Source of the DNA: Candidatus Udaeobacter sp.
GTDB lineage: Bacteria > Verrucomicrobiota > Verrucomicrobiia > Chthoniobacterales > UBA10450
DNA: 61,261 bases
Direction of reading: 5' to 3'
Assembly (NCBI GenBank): GCA_013372845.1
Contig: JAALOD010000002.1
Location: 29,428-90,688 of the forward strand
Under the pieces are notes generated by a model. The model had not been told where the DNA came from, searched no databases, and was given only the letters and a program-made list of their open reading frames with translations. A program made the position numbers and the translations under genes. Shown here piece by piece: positions 1-9,987 of the stretch (positions are counted from its first letter, which is position 1; every line of letters begins with the position of its first letter).

Positions 1-800
1 CGAATTGTCGGATTCGCATAAGCAGCGCGCGCGATGAGCGAGAGGTCGCGCGCAGTGGAGTACTGCCCCGGCACAGGCAAACCATTCGGATTCACAAAAT
101 GCGAATGCACAGCTCCAAGTTGTTGGGCACGTCTGTTCATGACCTCCGCAAACGCTTCGGTGCTGCCGGCATTATCCCGGGCCAGACATCGCGCGACGTC
201 ATTAGGACTTTTCACCAGCAACGCGCGCAGAAGATCGATCCGCTGATAAGTGTCGCCTGCTTTAATGTTCAATTTCACCGGCTCAGCCATTGTATCTGTT
301 GGTTGCACTGTGACCTGTCGATCGAGAAAACCGCTCTCCGCTACAATGAGCGCCGTAAGTAATTTTTGCGTGCTCGCCGGAGCCCTGAATTGATCCGGAT
401 TTTTTTCGTACAAGGTTTTGCCGCTATTCGCGTCCACCACAATCACAGAAGCTGCGCTGGTCCTTGGTATTCCCTCGGGAGTGAACTCTGTCGGCGCGGG
501 AATCGTTTCCGCTGTTTCCTTCGACTTGGCGCGGGCCCGGTGTGAGCGGGTGTGAGTCGATTTCGATGTCTTTGATTTGCGAGTCGGAGTGGGTTCGGCA
601 TCAGCGTCCTGTTCGTCGTCGGAGCGATTAGCTTTAGCGAGCTTATCTTTCGCAGTAACCGCCTTCGCTTTGCGGACGGTACCGGAGGCCCCACTCGGTC
701 GTACCGCTTCGGAGTCAGCGGCGTCCTGGCTCCATGCGTTTGGAACTGATGCCAGGATGAGAACGCAAAGGAACCAGAGCCAGTTGCGCGACGATTTCAT
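1..800 (-). CDS. D-alanyl-D-alanine carboxypeptidase (serine-type, PBP5/S11-like); 3' end runs off the window
   Basis: Absent from the ORF track because its stop lies outside the window. The reverse frame from ATG (800-798) reads MKSSRNWLWFLCVLILASVPNAWS (signal peptide), then VIVVDANSGKTLYEKNPDQFRAPASTQKLLTALIV (SxxK = STQK), LLVKSPNDVA (SxN) and HFVNPNGLP. Confidence 0.8.
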   Translation of the reverse strand, partial: MKSSRNWLWFLCVLILASVPNAWSQDAADSEAVRPSGASGTVRKAKAVTAKDKLAKANRSDDEQDADAEPTPTRKSKTSKSTHTRSHRARAKSKETAETIPAPTEFTPEGIPRTSAASVIVVDANSGKTLYEKNPDQFRAPASTQKLLTALIVAESGFLDRQVTVQPTDTMAEPVKLNIKAGDTYQRIDLLRALLVKSPNDVARCLARDNAGSTEAFAEVMNRRAQQLGAVHSHFVNPNGLPVPGQYSTARDLSLIARAAYANPTI

Positions 801-865
801 GGGTCGGAAATTAGCGACAAAACTTTTAACGGCGCAAGTACCGGGCGCAAATGCCAGTTTCCTGT

Positions 866-1249
866 CTAGGATTTTCGCCCGCGCTCGATCAATTCAATCT
901 CGTAGCCTTCTGGCGCGTCGATGAATGCGATTTTACTGGTGCCAGTTGAATGTGGTCCATCGGATAGCGGATAACCTTTTGCCGCTGCCTCTTTCGCGAA
1001 CTTCTCAAGATCGTCCACTTCAAATGCGAGATGCGTAAGATCGGGACCGACCACTATCGGCCCGCTTTCGTCAAATTTACAAATCTCAATCTCCTCGTCG
1101 CCATGGGGAGCTTTTAAGAACACGAGCTGTGATCCGCGACCGGAAGTGTGACGGCGAAGCTCCTTGAGTCCCAGAACATCCTTGTAGAAAGAAACCGTTT
1201 TCTCCAGGTCTTGTACGCGGTATCGCGTGTGCAGCAGTTTCTTGACCAT
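866..1249 (-). CDS. VOC-family protein, glyoxalase I (lactoylglutathione lyase)-like
   Basis: 127-aa ORF with an ATG start. KLLHTRYRVQDLEKTVSFYKDVLGLKEL...THLAFEVDDLEKF...KIAFIDAPEGYEIELIE is colinear with small glyoxalase I proteins. Confidence 0.75.
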   Translation of the reverse strand: MVKKLLHTRYRVQDLEKTVSFYKDVLGLKELRRHTSGRGSQLVFLKAPHGDEEIEICKFDESGPIVVGPDLTHLAFEVDDLEKFAKEAAAKGYPLSDGPHSTGTSKIAFIDAPEGYEIELIERGRKS

Positions 1250-1298
1250 GGCTTATCTTATTCCTGCACGATGCGGATTCAAACTCACATACATGTCG

Positions 1299-1390
1299 GT
1301 CATCTCGAGCGAAGTCGAGGGATCCCGTAGCCTGATCAACGGTTGCTCTGCGGGATTCCTTGACTACGCTTTCGCTCCGCTCGGAATGAC
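1299..1390 (+). repeat. ~90-bp palindromic intergenic element, copy 1 of 3
   Basis: GTCATCTCGAGCGAAGTCGAGGGATCCCGT...GGGATTCCTTGACTACGC..GCTCCGCTCGGAATGAC. The termini GTCATYC/GAATGAC are inverted. The same element occurs at 23772-23862 (+) and 34101-34189 (-). Confidence 0.8.
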
Positions 1391-1402
1391 AGAAGTGAAC
1401 CT

Positions 1403-2258
1403 ATGAAAAAAATCGGAATTCTTTTTGGCCAGGAACACAGTTTCCCGCCGGCATTCGTGGAGCGGGTGAATCAGAAAACCGGCGGCAAAGACATCGTCGC
1501 GGAATTTGTCAGAATCGACAAGGTGATTCAGGGGGAGCCATGCGGCTACGACGTGGTGATCGATCGCATCTCGCAAGACGTCCCATTCTATCGGGCCTGG
1601 CTGAAGAACGCCGCGCTCACGGGCACGGCAGTCGTGAATAATCCGTTCTGGTGGAGCGCGACGAAAATTCTTCAACAACGCGCTGGCGACCAAGATCGGC
1701 GTCGCGTTCCGCGAACGTGTTGCTTCCGTCAAACCAACCGCCGACGGACACGAACGACAAATCATTTCGCAATCTCGGATACCCGCTCGATTGGGAAGGA
1801 TTTTCAGTTACGTCGGTTGCCGGCATTTTTAAACCGTTCGCAGGCGGCGGTTGGAAGAATGTCTATCGCTTGCATAACCCGGAGGAATTTTATCGCGCCT
1901 ACGGCGAGACTGGCCAACTGGTGATGATGTTGCAGGAAGAAGTGAAATTCGACATGACTTCCGCTGCTATTCAATCGATCAACGGCATGTTCGGATTATG
2001 CCATACGAGCCGCGGCATCCTTATCATTGCGGTATCAAACCGAATGGCAGGCGCCGAAGAAATCCTCCAAAGAGTCGAGCAGGATGTGCTGACGCTGAAC
2101 CAGTTTCTGGTTACGACTTGAACACGGTCGAGTTTGCGATTCGCGACGGCGTGCCGGTCGCGATCGATTTTGCAATCCGCGCCGGATGCGAAGCGGCCAA
2201 CGTCGGTCAGGCAAATTTCGAATGGGTGGTCGAAGCGGTTCGAAATGGCAATCCGTAA
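1403..2258 (+). pseudogene. ATP-grasp fold ligase (RimK/glutathione-synthase-like), at least 3 frameshifts
   Basis: Three overlapping frames (1403.., 1651.., 1998..) together read MKKIGILFGQEHSFPPAFVERVN..NNPFWWSA / ..FKPFAGGGWKNVYRLHNPEEFYRAYGETGQLVMMLQEEVKFD / MPYEPRHPYH..DLNTVEFAIRDGVPVAIDF..ANFEWVVEAV. Confidence 0.6.
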
Positions 2259-2474
2259 AGCGCGCGAACAAACCCGGACGTGAAATTTGAACTGGGGCAA
2301 ATACCTGCAAGCAGCGGTGACAAGGCGAGCGCTGGGCGAGCTCGCTAAGATAACTGAAGCGAGGTGCATCGATGGCTCGCGGGAAATGCCTTCGACGAGT
2401 CCGTCGGACTGGCGGACAAGGGACCCTGCTCGATCCACGATGACAGCGAGGTTTTTGACGGAAGTCTACCCCTG

Positions 2475-3591
2475 ATGAGCGCAAAGCAGCACACACGTTT
2501 ACTCTCGGCATCGAAGAGGAATTTGCGATCATTGATCCGGAGACACGCGAGCTTCGGTCGCACATCCAGGAGATCCTCGAGGGCGGGAAAGTCACGCTCA
2601 AAGAGCAAATCAAGCCGAGATGCACCAATCGGTCGTTGAGCTCGGCACTGAAATTTGCCAGTCGGTTGTCGATGCGCGTGCCCATGTGATCGAACTGCGC
2701 AGCAGACTCGCGGAACTCGCGGTCGCAGCGGACTACAGATTGCTTCGGTCGGCACACATCCGTTTTCGCACTGGCGCGATCAACTCATTACTCAAGGCGA
2801 GCGCTATCAGGAGATAGTCAAGGACATGCAGCAGCTCGCACGCGCCAATCTCATCTTCGGATTGCACGTCCATGTCGGAATTGCAGATCGTGAAATGGCC
2901 ATTCACGTCATGAATCAAGCGCGCTATTTCTCCCGCACATTTACGCGCTCTCGGTGAACTCACCGTTCTGGGTGGCCAGGACACGGGCTTGAAAGGTTAT
3001 CGACTCAAAGTGTTCGAACGCTTTCCACGCACCGGGATTCCAGACGCGTTCGAAAGCCTTTCGGAGTACGAAGATTACTGCAAATTGCTGGTCAAAACCG
3101 GTTGCGTCGATAACGCTAAGAAAATCTGGTGGGACATCCGGCTGCACCCATTCTTCGACACACTGGAAGTGCGCGTGTGCGATGCGCAATCGCGCGTGGA
3201 CGACACGCTCGCGATCGCGGCTTTGATTCAGGCGGTGATTGCGAAGCTGCACAAGCTGCTCCGGCAAAATATCACCTTCCGTGTTTATCGCCGACGGCTT
3301 CTCGACGAAAACCGATGGCGGGCGTCGCGTTACGGCATTGACGGTAAACTGATCGATTTCGGTCGCGAAACCGAAGTCGACGCACGCAGTCTGTTAAATG
3401 AATTGCTTGAGTTCGTCTCGACCGAAGTAAACGAACTCGACAGCGAGAACGAAATGGCGCACATCGAGCGCATCATGCGCGAAGGCACCGGCGCAGATCG
3501 ACAACTCGCAGCCTACGAGCGGACGCACGATATGAAAGCGGTGGTCGATCAGATCGTTGCAGAAACGTACGAAGGCTTAAGTCTCGCATAG
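2475..3591 (+). pseudogene. Carboxylate-amine ligase, YbdK / glutamate-cysteine ligase family 2; at least 3 frameshifts in the 5' half
   Basis: Joined frames read HTFTLGIEEEFAIIDPETRELRSHIQEIL / MHQSVVELGTEICQSV / GTHPFSHWRDQLITQGERYQEIVKDMQQLARANLIFGLHVHVGI / KGYRLKVFERFPRTGIP..WWDIRLHPFFDTLEVRVCD. One break near 2617 is CCGAG where CCG GAG is expected (a lost G). The last 200 codons (2989-3591) are intact. Confidence 0.75.
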
Positions 3592-4667
3592 CGGCCGATC
3601 GCGGCGACAAGGTCCCGCACGTTTTGCTCGTTCATCCGGCCAATGGTTCCGATGCGAAAGCAGTTGGCCCGGCTCAACTTGCCGGGATAGATGACGAAGC
3701 CGCGCGCCCGGAGATGCTGATAGAAGTCTTCAAATTGGAAGTTCGGATCATCCGGATAACGAAACGCAGTGATGATGTTGCTTTGGCGTTCTTCCGGCAA
3801 ATACTCGGCGAAACCAAGCTCGCGCATCCCCGTTCGCAATGCCTCGTGATTAGCGCGGTAGCGGGCGGCGCGAGCGGAGACGCCGCCTTCTTCGCGCAGT
3901 TCTTCAAGCGCTCTGGCGAAGGCGAGCAACGCGTGGGTGGGCGGCGTGAAGCGGAATTGGCCATTGCGTTCAAGACCTTCCCATTGTGCGAACAGATCTA
4001 GGCTGACGCTTCGCGCGCAGTCTTTGGTAGTTTCGAGCACTGCGCGTCGCGCCAACACGAAGGAGAAACCGGGGACGCTTTCGAGACATTTGTTAGGGGA
4101 AGAAATTACATAATCGATTTCCAGTTTGTTCAAATCGATGGGCACACCACCGAAACTGCTCATCGCGTCGACAATGAATTCGCGACCGGCCGCTTTTACA
4201 ATGTGCGTAATCTCATCGATCGGATTCAAAATGCCGGTGGTCGTTTCGCAACGCACGATTGCCACATGCGTCGCGGCCGGTTCTTCCTCGATGAGGTGTT
4301 GTACGCTGGCAGGGTCCGGCGATTCGTTCTCCGGCCAGCGTGCCAGCCTGGTGGAAATTCCCAATCGCTCCGCGATCGCAGCCATGCGTTCGCCATAAGC
4401 GCCGTTTGCCAGCACCACGAATCTGCCTTCCGGCGGGATGACTGATGAAATGACCGACTCGAGCCCAAACGTTCCGCTTCCCTGCATGAGCACAGCTTCG
4501 TAACCCTGTTCGCGTGAGACACCGGCGATGCGGAGTAATTCCGCGCGAATGCCTGCCACCAGCTCGATGAAGTCGGTGTCGCGCGAACCAACGTCGTGTT
4601 GCATCGCGGCTTTGACGGTCGCGCTCGTGGTGAGTGGTCCCGGGGTGAACAGAAGCGGATCTTTCAT
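3549..4667 (-). CDS. phnW: 2-aminoethylphosphonate--pyruvate transaminase
   Basis: 372-aa class-V aminotransferase fold (LLFTPGPLTTSATVKAAM; PLP-lysine context ISSPNKCL). It lies directly downstream of ppd with an ATGA start/stop overlap, in the canonical pepM-ppd-phnW order. Confidence 0.85.
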   Translation of the reverse strand: MKDPLLFTPGPLTTSATVKAAMQHDVGSRDTDFIELVAGIRAELLRIAGVSREQGYEAVLMQGSGTFGLESVISSVIPPEGRFVVLANGAYGERMAAIAERLGISTRLARWPENESPDPASVQHLIEEEPAATHVAIVRCETTTGILNPIDEITHIVKAAGREFIVDAMSSFGGVPIDLNKLEIDYVISSPNKCLESVPGFSFVLARRAVLETTKDCARSVSLDLFAQWEGLERNGQFRFTPPTHALLAFARALEELREEGGVSARAARYRANHEALRTGMRELGFAEYLPEERQSNIITAFRYPDDPNFQFEDFYQHLRARGFVIYPGKLSRANCFRIGTIGRMNEQNVRDLVAAIGRYARLKPSYVSATI

Positions 4668-5818
4668 TTCGCGTTGGACCTCAAGAATTGTGAAAAGCGT
4701 TCTTTAACTTCGTGCGGCGCCACAGTGGGACGGCCGAGCTTCGCGGGCGAGCCCGATCGTATCTTCACATGCAATAAGGAAGGTCCGGGCCGGTAACGCA
4801 GCAGACGAACAGCCTCCCGAATGTCTTCCGGGCGGTCCACTGCAAAAGCCGAGCGATAATTAGCCGCAGCGGCGACGGCCGCGAAGCGGACAATCTCCGA
4901 CGCCGTTTGCTGGCCTCCCGTTGAATCGTGCGCTTCGTTATCTAGGATGATGTGAAGAAGATTCGATGGTTGATAGAAGCCAATCGTGGCGAGCACGCCG
5001 AGCTTCATTAAGGCAGCGCCATCTCCGTCGATGACGACGACTGGTTGCCTCGCGAGCGCGTGGGCCACACCGAAAGCGATCGCCGACGCGGTGCCCATTC
5101 CGCCGACGACGTAGAGGTGGTTGGCGCGATCCGAGATTGTGAAGAGTTCGCGGCCGGTCTTGCCGGTCGAAGCGATGATCGCTTCGTCGCCGGCGAGAGC
5201 ATCGAGGATGAGCTCAATTGCGGCGGTCCGGGTGAGTTGCTCCTTCTCCTTTGCTGAGAGGTTTTGTCGCAGATCGGTTTTGATCGACTCGGGCTCGACG
5301 CGACCCGACAAAGCCTGCGGCGCGACCGATCCTTTTTGCATCACCAACGCGAACGGCCGTTTCCGCTGCTCCATGCTCGCTTCAGCCTCCGCCAGGGTTT
5401 GGGCAATTTCTGTTTCGCCAGCCGGAAAAGGCAAATACGGTATTTCCAAGGTCTCGAGCAAACGCCGCATGATCCTTCCCATCTGTTCATGTTGCGGTTC
5501 GTCCCTTACTTCGGGCTGGCCGCGCCAGGTAACGATGAGCAACGTCGGCACACGAAACGGATAGTTTAGCGAGGTCAGAGGATTCACCATGTTACCGAGG
5601 CCGGAGTTCTGACACATGGTCACCGTTTTCCGGCCGGCGAGAAACGCTCCGAAAGTAATCCCGACTGCCTCGCCTTCGCTCGTGGCGCCGATGTAGTCGA
5701 CCGTTGGATCATCTATCACGTAGTTGATCAGAGACGTTAAAAAGGAGCAGGGCACTCCCGCATATTGCGAATAACCAAGGCCATGCAGGTGATCGACGAA
5801 GGAGAAAGCGCTGATCAT
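4664..5818 (-). CDS. aepY: Phosphonopyruvate decarboxylase (ThDP-dependent)
   Basis: 384 aa. N-terminus FVDHLHGLGYSQYAGVPCSFLTSLINY and ThDP motif VVVIDGDGAALMKLG...IILDNEAHDSTGG. It sits between pepM and phnW. Confidence 0.85.
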   Translation of the reverse strand: MISAFSFVDHLHGLGYSQYAGVPCSFLTSLINYVIDDPTVDYIGATSEGEAVGITFGAFLAGRKTVTMCQNSGLGNMVNPLTSLNYPFRVPTLLIVTWRGQPEVRDEPQHEQMGRIMRRLLETLEIPYLPFPAGETEIAQTLAEAEASMEQRKRPFALVMQKGSVAPQALSGRVEPESIKTDLRQNLSAKEKEQLTRTAAIELILDALAGDEAIIASTGKTGRELFTISDRANHLYVVGGMGTASAIAFGVAHALARQPVVVIDGDGAALMKLGVLATIGFYQPSNLLHIILDNEAHDSTGGQQTASEIVRFAAVAAAANYRSAFAVDRPEDIREAVRLLRYRPGPSLLHVKIRSGSPAKLGRPTVAPHEVKERFSQFLRSNAK

Positions 5819-5843
5819 GACTTAAGACGCGGCCTGATTAAAA

Positions 5844-7529
5844 TTAAAACGCCTGTGCTCGTGCGAGATCCTCGAGATCGTCCACGTCCAGCCATTGTCC
5901 GGTGATGTAAAGGGCCTGCACGCGTTGTCCCCTCCTGACGAGATAATTGAAAAGATCGTCGAAGCGCAATCGGCGAAAATCGGGACGCCTGGATACGACA
6001 TCCAACGCATCGCATATCGCAGCGGAGCCACGCGCTGTCGTTTTGATCAAGCCGATCCATTCGCCTTGGATTTTGTCCGCCGAAAGATCGGGTCCTATCT
6101 CCGTCAGGAACGCATCCTCTTCGTCATAACTGAGAGAGTAGGGCCGGGTCGCGGTGATATAGTCGATATATCCACCCCCCTCACGCTTGCGTCGCCGCTC
6201 CCACATCGCATCCACCGCGATAACGATATCGTGTTCTTCGGCGAGCAGATTGTTCAGGATATGCTGGCGAAAAAGTATATCTCCAAAGGAAATGATCGTA
6301 TCGCCATCGATCCGATCGAGGGCCTTATGTAGCGAAACCAATTCCCCCGTGCTTTCGAAATCTTCGTTCTCTATGAATTCAACGTCGGCTGCGCGCACTG
6401 TCTCGGCCGCATAGCCACGCACCACGGTGATCGCACGGACGCCGGCTGCGCGAAACTGGGCGACAAGCTTGTGCAGTAGTGGCGTCCCGCCAATGGGCAC
6501 CATAGCCTTCGGGATGCCGGCCGTGACGTCTCCCAGTTCGTTACCGCGACTGGCAGCGAGAATAATCGCGCGCATCGAAGCGCGGCCCTTGGGCAAATAA
6601 CGTTCCTCGGCAAGCAACAGTTCTTCCGCATTCTGAAGCCGGAAAACTTCTTTCACTGGGACAATTCTATCTTCGACATTTTGAACCGAACGCTCAGCAA
6701 AAATACGGCGGGTCGTTTCCTGCATCGCGGCAATTGCGCTGCGGACATTTTGATTTGCCCAGATCACGATTCTGATGCCCGCCTGCTCAAAGACTTCAAC
6801 CGGCGTACTATAATAAGTGGTGGGGGCGATCACGAGCGGACACTTGTTCGCCCACGCTTTCGCAAACGCGAGCACTTGATCTGGCGTCACCTTCTTGCTG
6901 TGAATGAGAAGCGCGTCCGCCCCCGCGAAATGATAGGCTTCGGCGCGGCGGAGCATTTCATCGATCCCCCAACCCGCAATGAATCCCTCGAGCCGTGCCA
7001 CCAGACAAAAGTCTGTGTCCGTTTGCGCATCCTTAACCGCTTTAATCTTGCCCGTGAATTCGTCGATCGTGGCGAGAGGCTGACGTTCGCCCTCGATGAA
7101 TGAATTGGTCTTGGGGAAAAGTTTGTCTTCGATGCAGACGGCTGCAACCCCGCGTTGCTCCAGTTTTTTCACGAGCCGCCGCATGTTGTTGAAGTTTCCG
7201 TAGCCAGTATCACCATCGAGCAGGATTGGAATGCGAGTGGCATCGCTCATGAATTCGACGACTTCCAGTACTTGCGTCCAGCTGGCTTCATTGTTGTCGC
7301 GTACGCCGAGGGCGGCGGAGATCGAAAGCCCGCTGGCCCAGATTCCGCGAAACCCAGCTTCCTCGACGATGCGGGCGCTCAATGCATTGTGAGCCTCCAT
7401 CAAAAACTCAAGACGTCTGGATTGCAGGAGCCGCTTAAATTGCTGCGTCTTACTGATTTCGCAAGTGGTCGAGGAAGTCATGATGCACAGCAGTCTACGA
7501 TGAGAATCATTGACTTTCTCGCTACTCAA
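5844..7529 (-). CDS. aepX: Phosphoenolpyruvate mutase fused to a C-terminal nucleotidyltransferase (LicC/PntC-like) domain
   Basis: 561-aa ORF. The N-terminal half has [30 protein letters not shown] and the PepM-diagnostic EDKx5NS motif ([12 protein letters not shown]). The C-terminal half starts [29 protein letters not shown] (NTP-transferase fold). The longest ORF starts at TTG 7529; an ATG at 7481 is an alternative start. Confidence 0.85.
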   Translation of the reverse strand: MSSEKVNDSHRRLLCIMTSSTTCEISKTQQFKRLLQSRRLEFLMEAHNALSARIVEEAGFRGIWASGLSISAALGVRDNNEASWTQVLEVVEFMSDATRIPILLDGDTGYGNFNNMRRLVKKLEQRGVAAVCIEDKLFPKTNSFIEGERQPLATIDEFTGKIKAVKDAQTDTDFCLVARLEGFIAGWGIDEMLRRAEAYHFAGADALLIHSKKVTPDQVLAFAKAWANKCPLVIAPTTYYSTPVEVFEQAGIRIVIWANQNVRSAIAAMQETTRRIFAERSVQNVEDRIVPVKEVFRLQNAEELLLAEERYLPKGRASMRAIILAASRGNELGDVTAGIPKAMVPIGGTPLLHKLVAQFRAAGVRAITVVRGYAAETVRAADVEFIENEDFESTGELVSLHKALDRIDGDTIISFGDILFRQHILNNLLAEEHDIVIAVDAMWERRRKREGGGYIDYITATRPYSLSYDEEDAFLTEIGPDLSADKIQGEWIGLIKTTARGSAAICDALDVVSRRPDFRRLRFDDLFNYLVRRGQRVQALYITGQWLDVDDLEDLARAQAF

Positions 7530-7592
7530 TACCAGTGATTAGTTTCTCCGTTTGTTTCGGTTTAAGGCGTCTGTTCAGTTCCTTTTGATTCC

Positions 7593-7913
7593 ATGCTCGC
7601 AACCGCCACGGCCAAGATAGACCAATTGATTTGTGATTCATTGAGAGGAACGGACGAAGCGAACCTGCGACGAAACTATTCCGAGCACGATGAGTTCGTA
7701 ATCGTGGAAGAATTCCTGTCCCGGGAAGTGCTCAGCCGATGGCAGATGGAAGTGGCATCGCCGCTAAAAGAAGGCGAGTCACGCTACATTGTATCGATGC
7801 AGTACGTCACGGCCGGCGAGATGAATCCCTTCATGCGCTTTATCTCGAACATGAAAGATGTAGTCGCCTACTTCGGACTTCGCGGGGTCTTCGGCAAAGG
7901 CAAGGTGCGGTGA
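7593..7913 (+). CDS. Hypothetical protein (106 aa), first gene of the divergent operon
   Basis: ATG-initiated ORF whose stop overlaps the next start (GTGA at 7910-7913). No family recognised. Confidence 0.35.
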   Translation: MLATATAKIDQLICDSLRGTDEANLRRNYSEHDEFVIVEEFLSREVLSRWQMEVASPLKEGESRYIVSMQYVTAGEMNPFMRFISNMKDVVAYFGLRGVFGKGKVR

Positions 7914-8974
7914 GAAAAGTCCCCGCCATCCTCGACTGCGTCGCTGAAACGAGCGGCGTACAGATCGCGGGATTGAGCCTGCTCGATCGCTTGATTGTGA
8001 CCGTCCATCGGGCGGGTTGCGCTCCGATCTACCTGATCGCAAAAACCACGCCGCCAGCTCCGCGTGCCCGCGCCCTTGGCGTCGACATAACACTTGCTTC
8101 AGCAATACCACTCGATGAACCCGCGCTTCTCATTAATGGAGGTGTGTTCGTCGAGACCGCGGATCTTCAGCGAGTAATCGAAGGTGGAGGACAGCTGTTT
8201 TCGGCTGATGACGCTTGTCTGCCGGTTGCGATGACGGTGGGTGATGCCATGCCAGTGAGCGCCGGAAAAGTCGCCGTACCGGTAACTGACGCGACTTCGG
8301 CACGCGAGGCCGAGCGCCGTCTTTGGGCATCGCTCACCAGCAATGCGGATGGAATCGTCGATCGGTTTCTTAATCGCCCACTCGGGCGCTACCTGTCGAA
8401 AATTCTTATCCATGCTCCATTCTCGCCCAACCAAGTTTCGATCGTATCGACACTCGTTGGCATTTTGTCGGGGTGGTTTTTCGCCGGGGGATATTTTATC
8501 TCTGGCGCGTTTCTCCTGCAGATTTCCGCCATCATCGACTGCGTGGATGGCGATCTTGCGCGCGTCCTTTATAAAGAATCGCGCTTGGGCAAATGGCTCG
8601 ACCTGGTGGGTGACCAGTTCGTGCACATCGCTGTTTTCTCCGGCATCGGCTTTGGCTTGGCTCGGAGCGATCCCGCATCGCCCGCGCTTGCGCTCGGAAT
8701 CAGCGCCGTGCTCGGCGTAATCATCTCCTTCGCCGTGATTGTGTGCTCCATGCAACGCAAGAGCGGTCGCAAATCTTCTGGTCTCAAAAAATTGATTAAT
8801 GCCACGACCAACCGCGACTTCTCGCTGCTGGTCCTGTTGCTGGCCATAGCCGGCAAGCTCGATCTCTTCCTCTGGATAGCCGGGATAGGTGTACATCTCT
8901 TCTGGATCATTGCGCTTCGCTCGCAGTGGCGAGACGCCGGAAGTGCGCCGGCTATCTCGAAGAAATCCGCGTGA
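7910..8974 (+). CDS. CDP-alcohol phosphatidyltransferase with an N-terminal soluble nucleotidyltransferase-like extension
   Basis: Perfect CDP-OH-P motif DG(x2)AR(x8)G(x3)D(x3)D in DCVDGDLARVLYKESRLGKWLDLVGD, followed by several TM helices. The N-terminal ~150 aa (ILDCVAETSGVQIAGLSLLDRLIVTVHRAG) resemble a degenerate NTP-transferase, as in IPCT/DIPPS-type fusions. Start placed at GTG 7910 (GTGA overlap); the ORF is open from 7739. Confidence 0.8.
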   Translation: MRKVPAILDCVAETSGVQIAGLSLLDRLIVTVHRAGCAPIYLIAKTTPPAPRARALGVDITLASAIPLDEPALLINGGVFVETADLQRVIEGGGQLFSADDACLPVAMTVGDAMPVSAGKVAVPVTDATSAREAERRLWASLTSNADGIVDRFLNRPLGRYLSKILIHAPFSPNQVSIVSTLVGILSGWFFAGGYFISGAFLLQISAIIDCVDGDLARVLYKESRLGKWLDLVGDQFVHIAVFSGIGFGLARSDPASPALALGISAVLGVIISFAVIVCSMQRKSGRKSSGLKKLINATTNRDFSLLVLLLAIAGKLDLFLWIAGIGVHLFWIIALRSQWRDAGSAPAISKKSA

Positions 8975-9987
8975 AATTGGCGTTAAGATTTATTATCGCT
9001 GGAGCGGGCCTGGCGCTGTTTGCCTGGTTCGTACACCGAACCGGAGTAGATACGATCCCGCGCGCCTTCGCCACGCTCGGCTGGTCGGCTCCTCTTATTC
9101 TACTGCCCTACGCACTCGTTTATCTTCTCGATACTGTTGGATGGCGTTTGTGCTTGGGCCGCACGCTTCCTAAATCGATCAGCTTCGGAGCGCTATTTCG
9201 CATTCGATGGGCTGGTGAATCGCTCAACAATGTTGTGCCTTCCGCTTATCTCGGGGGCGAAGCGGTGAAAGTCTATTTGCTCCATAAACGCGGCCTGCCG
9301 GTTGTCGACGGCGCATCAAGCGTAATCATCGGAAAGACAGCGCAAGTTCTGGCTGAAGTGATTTTTATCGCGTTTGGAGCCGTGGCCGGCTCTTCCATTC
9401 TGCCGGCCAATTCACCTGCTCGCGCCGGCATGTTCGCAATTACCGGCGCGGCAACGGCACTCATCGGGATGCTTTTCTGGCTGCAGCATCGAGGAATCTT
9501 CAGCACATTCCTGGCGTTGACTCGGCGATTGCGGTTGCGCATTCGCGCGCTTACATCGCGAGCTGAAAGTTTGCGGCAACTCGATCGGCGAATTTTAGAT
9601 TTCTATCGCAATGATCGGCGACGCTTCCTTTCCAGCGTTACGTTTTATCTGGCGGGTTGGATCGCCGATTCACTCGACATTTTGCTCGTCTCATACCTGG
9701 TTGGAATGCCGTTGGATTGGAGTCAGGCACTGGCCTTTGAGGCATTCATCGGCGTCGCCAAGGCACTCGGGATTTTTGCCCCGGCCGCCCTTGGAGTGCA
9801 GGAAAGTGGCATTATTTTTCTATTTTACCTTTTCGGTTTGCCACCGGCGCTTGCGGCTCCCTACGCCATCATCCGCCGTGCGCGTGACTTGACGTTCGCG
9901 CTAATCGGTGGCGCGCTTCTCTATGCCGAGGAACCGCTGCGCGGTTTCGCGCAGCGCGTCGCGCGAGAAGTTGAGGCGCCGGCATGA
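8971..9987 (+). CDS. Flippase-like / lysylphosphatidylglycerol-synthase-TM-region family membrane protein
   Basis: Polytopic membrane ORF with LRFIIAGAGLALFAWFV..LLPYALVYLLDTVGWRLCLG..RIRWAGESLNNVVPSAYLGGEAVKVYLL, typical of the UPF0104/LPG_synthase_TM family. GTG 8971 overlaps the upstream stop (GTGA). Confidence 0.7.
   Translation: MKLALRFIIAGAGLALFAWFVHRTGVDTIPRAFATLGWSAPLILLPYALVYLLDTVGWRLCLGRTLPKSISFGALFRIRWAGESLNNVVPSAYLGGEAVKVYLLHKRGLPVVDGASSVIIGKTAQVLAEVIFIAFGAVAGSSILPANSPARAGMFAITGAATALIGMLFWLQHRGIFSTFLALTRRLRLRIRALTSRAESLRQLDRRILDFYRNDRRRFLSSVTFYLAGWIADSLDILLVSYLVGMPLDWSQALAFEAFIGVAKALGIFAPAALGVQESGIIFLFYLFGLPPALAAPYAIIRRARDLTFALIGGALLYAEEPLRGFAQRVAREVEAPA

Noticed and set aside
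2035-2757. 240-aa ORF on the minus strand. There are similar long antisense ORFs at 8099-8896, 17925-18659, 39362-39994 and 41845-42345.
   Set aside because: Each lies antisense to a gene or pseudogene with clear homology and has an Arg/Ser/Pro-rich, low-complexity composition. These are typical shadow ORFs of GC-rich DNA.
7739-7909. Longer N-terminal extension of the CDP-alcohol transferase ORF (start at 7739)
   Set aside because: The extension overlaps the preceding ORF in another frame and is Arg-rich and not protein-like. GTG 7910 forms the same GTGA coupling seen at the next junction.
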